A stretch of DNA of 64,000 nucleotides from Selaginella moellendorffii (lineage: Eukaryota > Plantae > Lycopodiophyta), in the NCBI RefSeq assembly GCF_000143415.4, contig NW_003314453.1, forward strand, positions 30,267 through 94,266, given 5' to 3'. Positions 38,801 to 51,250 of the stretch are shown here, piece after piece. The position numbers and the translations under genes are program-made. The notes beneath the pieces were generated by a model. It was not told where the DNA came from. It did not search any database and saw only the letters and a program-made list of their open reading frames with translations. The number at the start of each line of letters is the position of its first letter. Position 1 is the stretch's first letter.

Positions 38801-40828
38801 AGACCATCAATCTCTCCAATATTTCAGTCGACAAAAGGATCTTCGAGGCCGTCTTGCTCGTTGGCAAGAGTTCCTGCAAGAAATGTCTGTTAAGATCCAG
38901 TACAAGCATGGAGGTGACAATAAGGTGGCTGATGCGTTATCCAGGATGGTAAATTCTATCTCGTTTGTGAAGCTATCCAGCGATCTCTTGGATGAGCTTA
39001 AGGAGTTTGCTAACTTTGACTCCTTCATCACTAATATTCACACGAAAGTTTTGTTAAGGGACGCCTCTATGGATTTGAAGGGTGACAAGTTTGCATCATT
39101 TGAAATACGAGATGGAATTCTGGTGAAGAAGGGATGTGTAGTAGTTCCTCGTGTTGACAAACACATCAAACGGATTTTGGTTGAGTGTCATAATGTGCCA
39201 AGTGCTGGGCATTCAGGGGTATTGAGAACGTATATGTTGGTGAAGAGGCATTTCTTTTGGCCTGGGATGAAGTCAGATGTTGAGAAGTATGTATATGGTT
39301 GTTTGACCTGCTAGGCGGTCAAAGTTGATCATCAGAAGCTCACTAGCCTCTATCATCCTTTACGTCTACCCGAGAATAAATGGGATAGCATCTCGATAGA
39401 CTTTATCACTGGTTTGCCCAAAACCTTTCGAGGAAATGATGCTATTTAGGTTGTTGTGGATCATTTGACGAAGATGGCTCACTTCTTCCTTGTGAAGACA
39501 ACGATAAAAGCTTCTGAACTTGCTCAGTTGTTTGTAGACCGATTATTCAGTCTCTATGGTTTGCCAGGTGACATTGTGAGTGATCGGGATCCTAAGTTCA
39601 CATCCAAGTTTTGGCAAATGGTCTTTGAAAAACTAGAGACTAAACTGAGCATGAGTAGTGGTGAGCATCCACAATCTGATGGGCAGACAGAGCGCATGAA
39701 TCAGCAATTAGAGGATATGCTACAGTCTTTTGTGGGAAACTTGACTCGACAGGGAGTATGGGAGAGATACTTGCCTTTGCTTCAGTTTGCTCACAATAGC
39801 GCTCATCAATCAGCTATTGGCATGTCTCCTTTTATGGCGATGTATGGCTATGAGCCTAGGTCTCTTGTGAGTTTGAATTTGGCTTTGGTTCAGGTTCCTC
39901 ATGCTTGTGATTTCCTGGAGGATATGCAAGACAAGGTTGAGTTGGCAAAATTGAATATGAGGCAAGCTCAAGAACGAGACAAAAGATTGGCTGATGAGCA
40001 TCGTCGTCATCAAGAGTACAAAGTTGGTGACAAGGTTTTCCTTAAGCTGTCGAATACACAACCGTCTCTAAAAGGAGGTGGCAGTGCTAAGTTGTCTCCA
40101 TAGTATTGTGGGCCTTGGACAATTTTACAGCGTGTGGGGGATCTTGCATACACTTTGGACTTGCCAGTTAGTTCGAAGATTCATCCAACGTTCCATGTGA
40201 GCAAGCTTAAAGCGTGTTTGCACTCTGGTGATATTGTGGATCAGTCCATCATCCAGGTTCTAGAAATTGATGCAGAGAAGGCTGGTCCGGCCAATATTCT
40301 TACTCAAAGATTGGTAAAAATATGCTGGAAAACAACTAAGGAGTTGTTAATTCAATGGAATGGTTATTCCATGGATGAAGCTACATGGGAAACTGAGGAT
40401 GATGTGAAAAGAGTGTTTCCGAGTTTTGGTTATGACTTGGATGACATTCCTGAGGAAGGGGAGAATTGAGTTCTATAACCGTATTGCTATATGATTTGAG
40501 CCATTTGTTCTATTCTCATTCTCTTGTTTCCATGATCGTATTGTCATGTGAGAAAGCCGTATTGCTTTCTTTCTTTCGTGGCCGTTTGTCGCGACGTTGG
40601 TGTTGCCGTTTGCACATCTTTTCTCCATGGCCGTATTGCCCTGGACTTCCTTCATGTGAGGCTCGTTTAGCTTCTTGAAGATGCCGTATGTGGCTGGGTC
40701 ATGAGGGAGGGGAGAATGACACGAACTATGGGAATATTCCAAGAATATTCCATGGCCTGTGGGATTTAAGGCCGTAACGCCTTAAGGGTTGGGAGGTTGG
40801 CCTAGGGTTTGCTCTCTTGTTCGTTTCA
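35811..40828 (+). mobile_element. Full-length chromovirus-type Ty3/Gypsy LTR retrotransposon (5018 bp, inactivated)
   Basis: LTRs at 35811-35908 (98 bp) and 40717-40828 (112 bp), TGACACGAAC...GTTCGTTTCA. TSD CAAAT, PBS TGGTATCGGAG at 35910, PPT GAGGGAGGGGAGAA at 40703-40716. It is inserted in a LARD internal region. Confidence 0.95.
35939..40469 (+). pseudogene. gag-pol polyprotein (Gag, CCHC, protease, RT, RNase H, integrase, chromodomain)
   Basis: KLTGHASSWW, CFRCHKARHHGKDC, LFNPGATHNF (catalytic D changed to N), MPFGLTNAPATFQ...YFDD, ETDASDIAIGAVL, HHCC zinc finger, IVSDRDPKFTS, HPQSDGQTER and LLIQWNGYSMDEATWE. About ten nonsense codons and one frameshift near 38335. Confidence 0.95.
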
Positions 40829-40917
40829 CAAATGCTCGAATTTGGCAAAGGTGAAAGCTCCTAAAGATAGAGCAGCAAGGTAGTTAAATGATAAGGCTAT
40901 AGACAGCCTTAGCACAA

Positions 40918-41112
40918 TGTAAGCTCTTGAATTTAGACTTCCCAGAAGGTCACCCAGCCTATTACTATTCAAACCCAAAGACGTTTAACCCCAAATATCC
41001 TAAAACCTTTAACCAATTGGAAAAGAGGCTGCACTCTTGTTCATGTGCCCTTTCCTTCTATATTTGAACCCCTATGAATTGTTTTTCGAGTTGTTCCCTT
41101 TGGTTGCTTACA
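40918..41112 (-). mobile_element. Cassandra solo LTR
   Basis: TGTAAGC...GCTTACA, TSD CACAA on both sides, 5S-like segment present. Confidence 0.92.
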
Positions 41113-41912
41113 CACAAATTATAGATAAGTGGGACTTATTTCCTTGGGTGGCACAAAATAAAAAAGAAGATGATGATACCCTTAAGTAAAGAACTTTTAA
41201 GGATGGGGAAGTTACGTTTGCATAACCTATGCAATAGGTGTTAAACACATCTAACAAATTGACTTGAGATATCAATACTAAAGTTTCAAAGTGTGATGGT
41301 TATGTTAGTAGAGGCCAAGTGATCCTTTAATGTTGAACTATTGACAACTAATAGTTTGGTGCAAAGGAAGAGAAGCAATCCTTTTTTGTAAGGACTAAGA
41401 ATAAAGTTACATGGTGATGAAGTCCCAGAGGTCAATGGGACTTAGTGGTTGAGCCTTTGAGCCCTAACCCAGTGGCGATGTTAGTGAGCACAACTATGAA
41501 TGAAGAGGGACTTGGTGGGGACTAAAGAAGGGATATTGGGGAAAGGTGTTCCCTATATTTCCAAACATCCTAATGATGCTAAGGTATAGTCATGGTATAA
41601 CCACTTATGGACGGATGGCCACGAAAATAGTGAGTCCCCAAGTCAAAAATAAGACTTATGGAGGTTGTGAATGTAACTCCTCTAAGTGGGTCAAGGTATA
41701 GTTAAATGACTAAAGTAGAATGAAAAAATTAATTGCTTATANNNNNNNNNNNNNNNNNNNNNNNNNNNNNNNNNNNNNNNNNNNNNNNNNNNNNNNNNNN
41801 NNNNNNNNNNNNNNNNNNNNNNNNNNNNNNNNNNNNNNNNNNNNNNNNNNNNNNNNNNNNNNNNNNNNNNNNNNNNNNNNNNNNNNNNNNNNNNNNNNNN
41901 NNNNNNNNNNNN

Positions 41913-43617
41913 ACATTGGTAGTCCAACACCACCTATATCACAGTCCCATCTCCCAAAGACTGGGCCATTTGTCCATGAGTGATTATTCTAAATCCACTC
42001 TTTAGCATCCTTAGGATACCCATAAATATAGGGAACAACCTTCCCTAATATCCCTTTTTCAGTCTCCACCAAGTCCCTTTCCATCCACAACTGTGTTCAC
42101 CAACACTTCCATTGAGTTAAGGCTCAAAGGCCCAACCACTACATCCTATTGACCTCTAGGACTTCCTTGCCACATGCCTACATCCTTGGTCACCACATAA
42201 AAGAATTGCTCCTCTTCCTTTCTATAGTCTGGGACTTTAGGATAATATTTTGAAATATTGTGGCCCTCAGTGAGCATCGTGGGTATTCTCCCCATCTTCT
42301 GCCTTTGGGTGCCCTAGCCATATGGCTAGAGTGAAGTTTCAATGAGCCACACCAGGTATCCAAGTAGGTAGTGCCACCCACACTTAGACTAGAAGTATCG
42401 ACCATTTCGATCTCTCAAGGGAGCTAGAGCTTAAACACTTCACCAAGCTACTCTACTTGTTTGTCTATAATCATTCTAACCTTGGACTCTTTAGTAAATA
42501 TATCATCACCCAACACATGGGTATAGCCTTCCTTGGTCATACTAGCCTTTCCTAGCCAAATTGGCTCCACTAAAGTCTTCCCTTTACTATACTTTTAGAG
42601 CTCACCAAACCCCCTAGGGTCTGGGAGACGAACAGTTTGGGCTTTCACCCTCAAACTCAGGCTTGGACTCAGACTCAGACTTGAATTTGAACTTGGACTC
42701 AGACTTGGACTCAGACTTGGACTCAAACTCGGACTTGGTCTTAGTCTTAGACTCGGTCTTGAACTCGGCCTCAGACTTAGACTCGGTCTTGGTCTTGGTC
42801 TCGGTCTTGGCCTCAGCCTCAACCTCAAACTCCATCTCGGGTGCATCTCGGACTCCATCTTGGACTCCATTTCAGGTCCATATTGGGTCCATTTTGAGTC
42901 CATATCAAACTCTATCTTGGACTCCTTCTCAGACTCTTTTTCGGACTCATTCTTGACACTTTCATGTGTCACGACACTTGCCATGTGTTAGTCCTTCTTT
43001 TGTCCCTTTTTTAGTGACTCATTCACCAATTGCTTCATACTCATCTCTCAAGCACTTTGTTTAGAGTTCCACTCCCACCCTTGACTTTCCAAGTCAGAGT
43101 TTTTGGTCCAAACATATTACGTTTATTGGACTTCTACTTTGGCCACTACCATGTGGCACCCTTTTCTGCTCCACTTTGGAGCTTAAGATTTTTGTTTCAC
43201 AACTCCACCACCTATAAACAAAGTTCGATGTCCTCATCAAACGATAAACCATTTTATAAAGTAACCCCATCATGGATTACCATTTTTCGCTCTAATTTTT
43301 TGCTCTTATCCTTTGATTATTGCACCAAATAACATAAGATCACTACTTCCATCCTTGAGGTATCCTTTTGGTTTCATGGCAAAGGCTTTTCTTTGCTAAG
43401 TTTAGAGGGTGTTCATTCCTAGTAAGTCTTTTTAGCATTTCTTGCTATAGACTCTATCCACAGCCCAACTTTATGACCTTCCTATAAGTGTTTTCTAGAG
43501 ACTATCTTCTTGGACTCATTATGCTATCACATTGACACAGCTCATTTCTTTTAGGTGTCCTTCCCATTTCGTTATCTTGGCCAAGTCACACCATTACTAA
43601 CAGTTTAAATCAATAAC
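41913..43617 (-). mobile_element. Old LARD-family copy: 3' LTR (to 43201), PPT and internal region (continues 51251-52310)
   Basis: LTR homology ending tttgtttcaca at 43201, followed by actccaccacc (PPT complement). The internal region is collinear with 45384-46400, with a deletion. Confidence 0.8.
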
Positions 43618-44856
43618 TAAACATGCATATAACAATATTACCAGATGGTGCAATCCAACTAATCCTACACATGTTGCTTCAGATCAGAAAAGTCTCTGCA
43701 TATGCAACTTGAGTCAAAAATTCTGACAAAAGTTGGATAGGAATCACTGAGACAATTCCTCTGATACCGAATGTATTGCACCTAAATTTGGAGCCAAACC
43801 CCAAGCCCATTGCTCTATGAAATGAGGGTCCGATACAATCCCACGAGCACCAGTGTAAGCGACTAATTTTTCCATTCTACTTTAGTCACTTAACCACACC
43901 TTCGACCACTTGGAGGAGTCTCACTCACAACCTCCTTAAGTCCAATTCAGGACTTGGGACTTGCTAGCCCCAAGAATGGCATCCATGCCACTCAACACTT
44001 GCACCTGGTCCAAGTGCTCCATGTGTCCGGTCCCAAGACCGACACCCAAAGGTACCACTGACATCTCGGCCCGTTATGCTAAGGCCATGCCCATTCACCT
44101 TTGCTGCACTAGTGGTCCAATACCACTTGCATCACCATCCCGTCTCTCCAAGACTGGGCTATCGGTCCACGAGTGGTCATCCTAGATCCACTCCTTAGCA
44201 TCCTTAGGATGCCCACAGACCTGGGGAATCGCCTTCCCCAAAGTCCCTTTGTCAATTCCTACCAAGTCCCTTTTTGCCCCTGGCCGTGTTTGCCAACACT
44301 GCCACTGGATCGAGGCCCACAGGCCCGACCACTAAGTCCCATGGTCCTCTGGGACTTCCTCACCACACGACTGTGTCCTTGGTCACTACCCCAGAGGACT
44401 GCTCCCCTTCCTTTCCACAATCTAGGCCTTTGGGACAACATTTCGGAACACCGTGGCCTTACGCGAGCCACCTGGGTACTCTCCCCGCCTTTCGCCTTTA
44501 GGTGCTCTAGCCATGGGCTTAGAGCGAGGTTCCGTTGAGCCACACCTGGTATCCAAGTAGGTAGTGCCACCCACACTTGGACTGGGAGCATCGGCCAGTC
44601 GATCTCCCGGGGGAACTAGAGCCGGCTCTTGAACACTTCACCAAGCTACCCCGCTTGTCGGTCCGTGTTCACTCTAGTCTTGGACTTCCCAGTGGGCATC
44701 TCATCACCCAACACTGGGTCCGGCCTTCCTGGGCCAAACTGGCCTTTCCTGGCCAAACTGGCTCCACTGCAGTCCTCCCCCTACTATACTTTTGGAGCTC
44801 ACCAAACCCCCCAGGGTCTGGGAGACGAACGCTTTGGGCTTTCACCCTCTCAGGCT

Positions 44857-45150
44857 CCGGACTCGGACTCGGACTCGGACTCGGACTCGGACTCGGACTC
44901 GGGCTCGGGCTCGGTCTCGGGCTCGGCCTCGGTCTCGGTCTCGGTCCCGATCTCGGTCTCGGTCTCGGTCTCGGTCCCGGTCTCGGTCTCGACTTCGGAC
45001 TCCATCTCGGACTCCATCTCGGACTCCATCTCGGACTCCATCTCGGGTCCATCTCGGGTCCATCTCGGACTCCATCTCGAACTCCATCTCGGGTCCATCT
45101 CGGACTCCATCTCGGACTCCATCTCGGACTCCATCTCTAGTCCATCTCGG
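44857..45150. repeat. LTR minisatellite: (CTCGGA)n, (CTCGGT)n and 12/11-bp CTCCATCTCGGA / GTCCATCTCGG units
   Basis: Directly visible tandem units. Confidence 0.95.
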
Positions 45151-46808
45151 ACACTCCCATGTGTCATGTGTTGGTCCTTTTGGGTCTCTTTTTGGAGCCT
45201 TGCCTTTTGCTCGCTTCGTGCTCGTTCCTCGAGCACTTCGTTGGGAGTTCCACTCCCGCTCTTGACTTTTCAAGTCGGAGCTTTTGGTCCAAACGTGTTA
45301 CGCTCGTTTGGCTCTCGCTTCGGCCACTACCATGTGGCGCCCTTCCGGCTCCACTTTGGGGCCTAGGGATTTTGTGTCTCACAACTCCACCACCCATAGA
45401 CGAAGTTCGATGTCCTCATCGAACGGTAAACCCTTTCATAAAGTAACACCCACATGTGTTACCATTTCCATCTTTGGCACCTAGCCAATCTTTGTCTATG
45501 GTTTGACATCAAAGGCTCACCATGCCTTTTGCATATCCTCTAAGGAGGGTAGTCTCTCCAACTTAGAGACTGATTGGACCACGTATAGTGGTTCTCTCCT
45601 TTTATTGGTTTCTTTTTCTTTTTTCCTAAACCTCTTAGAGACCTTTCTCTAAGTCAATCCCACTACTCCTTCTCGAGTAGTTTCAATTTCCATCGCTATA
45701 ACCTTTGCACTTTGGAACTTTGAATTTTTACTTCTTGGAGTCGATTTCCTAGGTGTCTCCGACACCTTGCCTTGCACCTTTTGTGCAACTCCACTTCCCA
45801 TCCTAGGAAGTTCTCTACTCGAGGGCACCATCATCCTCTCTTCTATTTCGTGCCAAAGTTCCAGTTATCATGCTTTGTGCTAGGGCTGTTCATGGCCCTA
45901 TCATTTGGCTACCTTACCGCTCCCTCCCTTGGAGCTTCCACTTTTGCCAAATTGGAGCATTTCGGAATCCCTCCTTGGAAACACACTTCCTTTCCCGCAA
46001 CTCGTTAGCGTCCAACACATTAGTGTTCCTCGCCTAACTTTGTCACTTGGATTCCTTCCAATGGATTCCACGGCCCTATCTTGGCCACTCATCTTTTGCT
46101 CCTATCCGTTGATTGTTGCACCAAGCAACATCGAATCTCTACCTCCCTCCTTGAGGTATTGTTTCTTTTCCATAGCAAAGACTCTTCTTTGCCAAGTCCG
46201 GAGGATGTTCACCCCTAGTACGTCTCTTTAGCATCTTCTGCTATGGGCTCTATCCACGGCCCAACTTCGTGACCCTCCCATGGGTCTTTTATAGAGACTA
46301 CTTTCCTCGGACTCACTATGCTATCGCACGGACATAGTTTAATTCCCTTAGGTGCTCTTCCCACTTGGTTATCACGACCAAGCCACACCACCTTAAACAG
46401 TTCAATTTCAACATTTTGAACCAGGAACTTCATTCCTTAGCCAACCAAGGACCATGTCCTTATCTGGCCATAAGATCACCTAGTGATCTCACCTTGGCAC
46501 CTTAACAGAGTTGCCAAGAGGTACTTGGTCTTCTAGACCTCCAAGTTGTTGACTATAACCCCGGGGGCATCCCCCACACTTGGCGGTGCACCCAAGCTAG
46601 CCCTTACGGCCAAGGGTTCATAGCAACTGAGATTAGGTGTCCCCATCTCACTCACCACGACCTTGGTGCCACTTGCACCAAAGTGTTCAAGTTAGATATG
46701 CTGAGCTTTCACACTAAGCAATCTAACCGTGCATCACGACTCCGAGGCATCCCTCGCTTGGCGGTGTGCCCAAACCAGTCTCCCCACTGAGAGTCCATGA
46801 CCACCGAA

Positions 46809-46980
46809 ATATGAGTGTCCTCATATTCCAAACCATCACCACGCCCTAGTGATTTGGGACTCGAACCCAAGCACTAGAGGGTCGGGACTCGAACCCAACC
46901 TCCGTATATGCATCTACGGACGGCATCACACTAGATGCCTGGCGTGACTCCCCACGCCGGTGCACCAACCTATTTTTAAA
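46809..46980 (-). other. tRNA-like multi-hairpin cluster with two B-box/T-arm motifs inside the LARD internal region
   Basis: Abutting stems at 46941-46958, 46922-46939, 46901-46920, 46880-46900 and 46854-46870. The last two have TTCGAGT loops (GGTTCGAGTCC). A decayed copy lies at about 51905-52035. Confidence 0.6.
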
Positions 46981-49900
46981 GCGCGCTACAGATCACAGCT
47001 TAGGAACCTAGTTCCTCCACACTGCCAAGTCCTCTCACTTGACATGTCTATGATCATGCATGGACTCCTCCATGCTCGGCCCCATGGCCCACCCCTTTTG
47101 AAGTTATCACCTTCAACTAGGGTCTTTGTTCCCCCGACGTGCCAATTTCACTTGGCAAGTCCTCCGACCATTGTAACATGGTTCCTGCATAAGCGTGAAA
47201 GTCCTTGACCATCGACTTTCGTTCAAAGCCCTCTCTTTGAACACTCGGGAACTACTTCCCTAACCTTGATAACCTTGCCTCATGGCAAGCTTCAAGACCA
47301 CGCTTCTGCTGCGCCACTCTGATTTCGCGTGTTCCATGAACCATTTACACTTGGCCTTTCTAGGTACTACGCTACCTAGAATCGTCTTTGGGAACCTTGA
47401 AGGAACTCTGTCCCTCAGCTTGCTAAGGCCTCCCCTTTCGCAAGCTTTATAGTTGCCATATAGTCTAACATGGACAATTCCATATTTTAGACTCTCCATG
47501 GCATCACGGTTGCTAGCAACAACATCCTCGAGCACCCTCTTGCTTCTCCACTCCCAACTTTCATAACCACTGTTGGATATGTCCTTTGATTTCTATGGTT
47601 CAGTTCCATCCCAATACTACTTGCCTTTGGCTTCACACCTTTCCTTCGGTCATTCTCCTCCAGACCAGGAGGATAGCTTTGCACTTTCTATCATGCCTTA
47701 GCAAGTATTCTTAGGGATGAACCTACCCAATAGCCCAGGGAGTGGTTCCTCAATCCGGGTATGCTCAGCTTATAATCCCACACACTGGGATTACATTTGT
47801 TGCTTATGGGCCGTTACATGCCCATCACTAGCCTTGCCAAAATTCCATTTTTGGCTTTGTCCAACTTGGGTAGACAGTCCTCTCCTGTCTCCGCAACCTT
47901 GGACATTTGGATAGCACCTTCTATCCATCATTCGCTAGGGACTTAGTCCCTTGGGCTTTATCCATTGCCCTCGCGATATCAAACACCACCTTCTGGTGTT
48001 CTAGAGTGTTCGGGTGTCCCAATGATGGCTTTCTTGACAATGAGTATTTCCTTTTATGACATTGACTTACTATATCGCAACATAAGAAACTTATCCCCCG
48101 TAAGGGTATATCCGACTTCCCTATACTAGAAGTCTTGGGTAGCTACCTTCTACCCGTTTAATCAGTTATTTTGCACCTCTTGCTTAGTTGCCTCATAGTT
48201 GTCAAGTCCTACAACTCATTGCTTGGTGCTTTCACACCTCCATCACTATCTGGGTCACCACACTCCAACTGCATGCTCTGCAGCTTAGGCTATGCCATTC
48301 CTATTTCCATTGGGATTCCTTTGGCAAGGGGTTCTCATGAACCCACCAACATAGCCTCAAGGTATCACACCTTGGCACATTTGGTGTCTCCACACCATCG
48401 GCTCCACGAGCCTACCTCTATGACATTTCCCCTTCGTGTCTAAGTCTTTGCCAAGACCAACACCGCTCTTTCTCATGCCAACCATCCGTTAGCACTGCAC
48501 CATAGAGGTCACACACAACTTTATGTCAAAGTTGTTTTCTTCTGGGAACACCTTTCCCATAACTTTAGCATGGCACATTGCCATCGATGAGATACTCTCT
48601 GTTCTCATCCTTGGATCCTATGATCCCCCCCCATCCTTTGTGGGGTACAACGCACCTCAGTCCAAATGCTTCTATCCGTCCTTTTAGGACCATCCCTTGA
48701 CTCTACTTGAGTCGTCTAGCAGTTTTGGACTTGGTTAATCCACCAACCCGTAAGGTCTTACTTGTGAGGCACTAGCTCACTGGAATACACTTCTTGCATT
48801 CCGGTCCTACTCAAAAGGACTATTTTCACAAGTGTTACTCCGACACTTGATTTTGTTCTCTGGGGGCAACCTTTGCCCCTTAGGACTGCTTGTCCATGTG
48901 ATGAGAATACCAACTCATCCACTTAATACACCCCCAACTCCTTGGGTTGTTCCAGCATTTATTAGAGGTAGCCCCGGCTACCATTTCAAGGACTTGAGTC
49001 CTCTTCCGTATTTGACCTTCCACGGTCATTACCTTTGGTCTCACATTCATGAGCACCAACCTCAACTATATGAGGATAATCTTGTGACTCCTTTATTGTT
49101 TTGGAGTCTCTATCTTTCCCGTGATCCCAACTTTAGTTGTTTACCACAACAACCTAAGCCAATTTGCTGAGACAAATGCTCATCCGGATCACATCCTCAA
49201 CTCAATGAGGAAAACCTTGCACTGTTCCCAAGATCCCAAAGTCGTTCCATTATTGGCCCTTTTCTATCCACCACTCGTCTACAAGTTCACACATGAATTG
49301 TAATGGAGAGCCATGTCTTCCAGACTTGCTACTCCTCAAGGATAGGCCCACTCCTCGGACCTTCCGATGCCAACACTAGTGGTGATATACTTGAGCACCA
49401 ATAAAAGTCGGACTAAGGAACAGCTCTGATACCAAATTGTAAGCGACTAATTTTTCCATTCTACTTTAGTCACTTAACCACACCTTCGACCACTTGGAGG
49501 AGTCTCACTCACAACCTCCTTAAGTCCAATTCAGGACTTGGGACTTGCTAGCCCCAAGAATGGCATCCATGCCACTCAACACTTGCACCTGGTCCAAGTG
49601 CTCCATGTGTCCGGTCCCAAGACCGACACCCAAAGGTACCACTGACATCTCGGCCCGTTACGCTAAGGCCATGCCCATTCACCTTTGCTGCACTAGTGGT
49701 CCAATACCACTTGCATCACCATCCCGTCTCTCCAAGATTGGGCTATCGGTCCACGAGTGGTCATCCTAGATCCACTCCTTAGCATCCTTAGGATGCCCAC
49801 AGACCTGGGGAATCGCCTTCCCCAAAGTCCCTTTGTCAATTCCTACCAAGTCCCTTTTTGCCCCTGGCCGTGTTTGCCAACACTGCCACTGGATCGAGGC

Positions 49901-50440
49901 CCACAGGCCCGACCACTAAGTCCCATGGTCCTCTGGGACTTCCTCACCACACGACTGTGTCCTTGGTCACTACCCCAGAGGACTGCTCCCCTTCCTTTCC
50001 ACAATCTAGGCCTTTGGGACAACATTTCGGAACACCGTGGCCTTACGCGAGCCACCTGGGTACTCTCCCCGCCTTTCGCCTTTAGGTGCTCTAGCCATGG
50101 GCTTAGAGCGAGGTTCCGTTGAGCCACACTTGGTATCCAAGTAGGTAGTGCCACCCACACTTGGACTGGGAGCATCGGCCAGTCGATCTCCCGGGGGAAC
50201 TAGAGCCGGCTCTTGAACACTTCACCAAGCTACCCCGCTTGTCGGTCCATGTTCACTCTAGTCTTGGACTTCCCAGTGGGCATCTCATCACCCAACACTG
50301 GGTCCGGCCTTCCTGGGCCAAACTGGCCTTTCCTGGCCAAACTGGCTCCACTGCAGTCCTCCCCCTACTATACTTTTGGAGCTCACCAAACCCCCCAGGG
50401 TCTGGGAGACGAACGCTTTGGGCTTTCACCCTCTCAGGCT

Positions 50441-51012
50441 CCGGACTCGGACTCGGACTCGGACTCGGACTCGGACTCGGACTCGGGCTCGGGCTCGGTC
50501 TCAGGCTCGGCCTCGGTCTCGGTCTCGGTCCCGATCTCGGTCTCGGTCTCGGTCTCGGTCCCGGTCTCGGTCTCGACTTCGGACTCCATCTCGGACTCCA
50601 TCTCGGACTCCATCTCGGACTCCATCTCGGGTCCATCTCGGGTCCATCTCGGACTCCATCTCGAACTCCATCTCGGGTCCATCTCGGACTCCATCTCGGA
50701 CTCCATTTCGGGTCCATCTCGGGTCCACCTCGGACTCCACCTCGGACTCCATCTCGGACTCCATCTCAGGTCCATCTCGGACTCCACTTCGGACTCCAGC
50801 TCGGGTCCATCTCGGGTCCACCTCAGACTCCATCTCGGACTCCACTTCGGACTCCAACTCGGGTCCATCTCGGGTCCACCTCGGACTCCACTTCGGACTC
50901 CAGCTCGGGTCCATCTCGGGTCCACCTCGGACTCCATCTCAGACTCCATCTCGGACTCCATCTCGGGTCCATCTCGGACTCCATCTCGGACTCCATCTCT
51001 AGTCCATCTCGG
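50441..51012. repeat. Expanded copy of the same LTR minisatellite
   Basis: Same units plus variants (CTCCACTTCGGA, CTCCAGCTCGG); 278 bp longer than in the sister LTR. Confidence 0.95.
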
Positions 51013-51250
51013 ACACTCCCATGTGTCATGTGTTGGTCCTTTTGGGTCTCTTTTTGGAGCCTTGCCTTTTGCTCGCTTCGTGCTCGTTCCTCGAGCACTT
51101 CGTTGGGAGTTCCACTCCCGCTCTTGACTTTTCAAGTCGGAGCTTTTGGTCCAAACGTGTTACGCTCGTTTGGCTCTCGCTTCGGCCACTACCATGTGGC
51201 GCCCTTCCGGCTCCACTTTGGGGCCTAGGGATTTTGTGTCTCACAACCAG

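Larger units (their letters stand above)
43854..51245 (-). mobile_element. Intact, young non-autonomous LARD-like LTR retrotransposon (7392 bp)
   Basis: 5' LTR 49438-51245 (1808 bp) and 3' LTR 43854-45383 (1530 bp), TG...CA, TSD ACCAG. PBS TGGTATCAGAGC at 49434-49423 and PPT ATGGGTGGTGGAGT. The 4054-bp internal region has no gag/pol ORF. I saw only about five transitions between the LTRs outside the array. Confidence 0.95.

Noticed and set aside
40479-40692. CRISPR-like repeat/spacer array
   Set aside because: Repeats are only 7-8 bp and degenerate, spacing is irregular, the context is a eukaryotic retroelement and there are no cas genes. Kept only as a motif array.
46854-46970. Bona fide tRNA (e.g. 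tRNA-Sec) gene
   Set aside because: No convincing acceptor stem, canonical 7-nt anticodon loop or A box. Reported as tRNA-like only.
50161-51228. Long overlapping ORFs (LG/SD/RS/RD-rich, up to 355 aa) in several frames, also at 16571-17278, 26080-27588, 42595-42984 and 44577-45366
   Set aside because: They arise from stop-free 6/11/12-bp tandem repeats in the LTR, vary in frame between copies and show no domain. They are not SR proteins.
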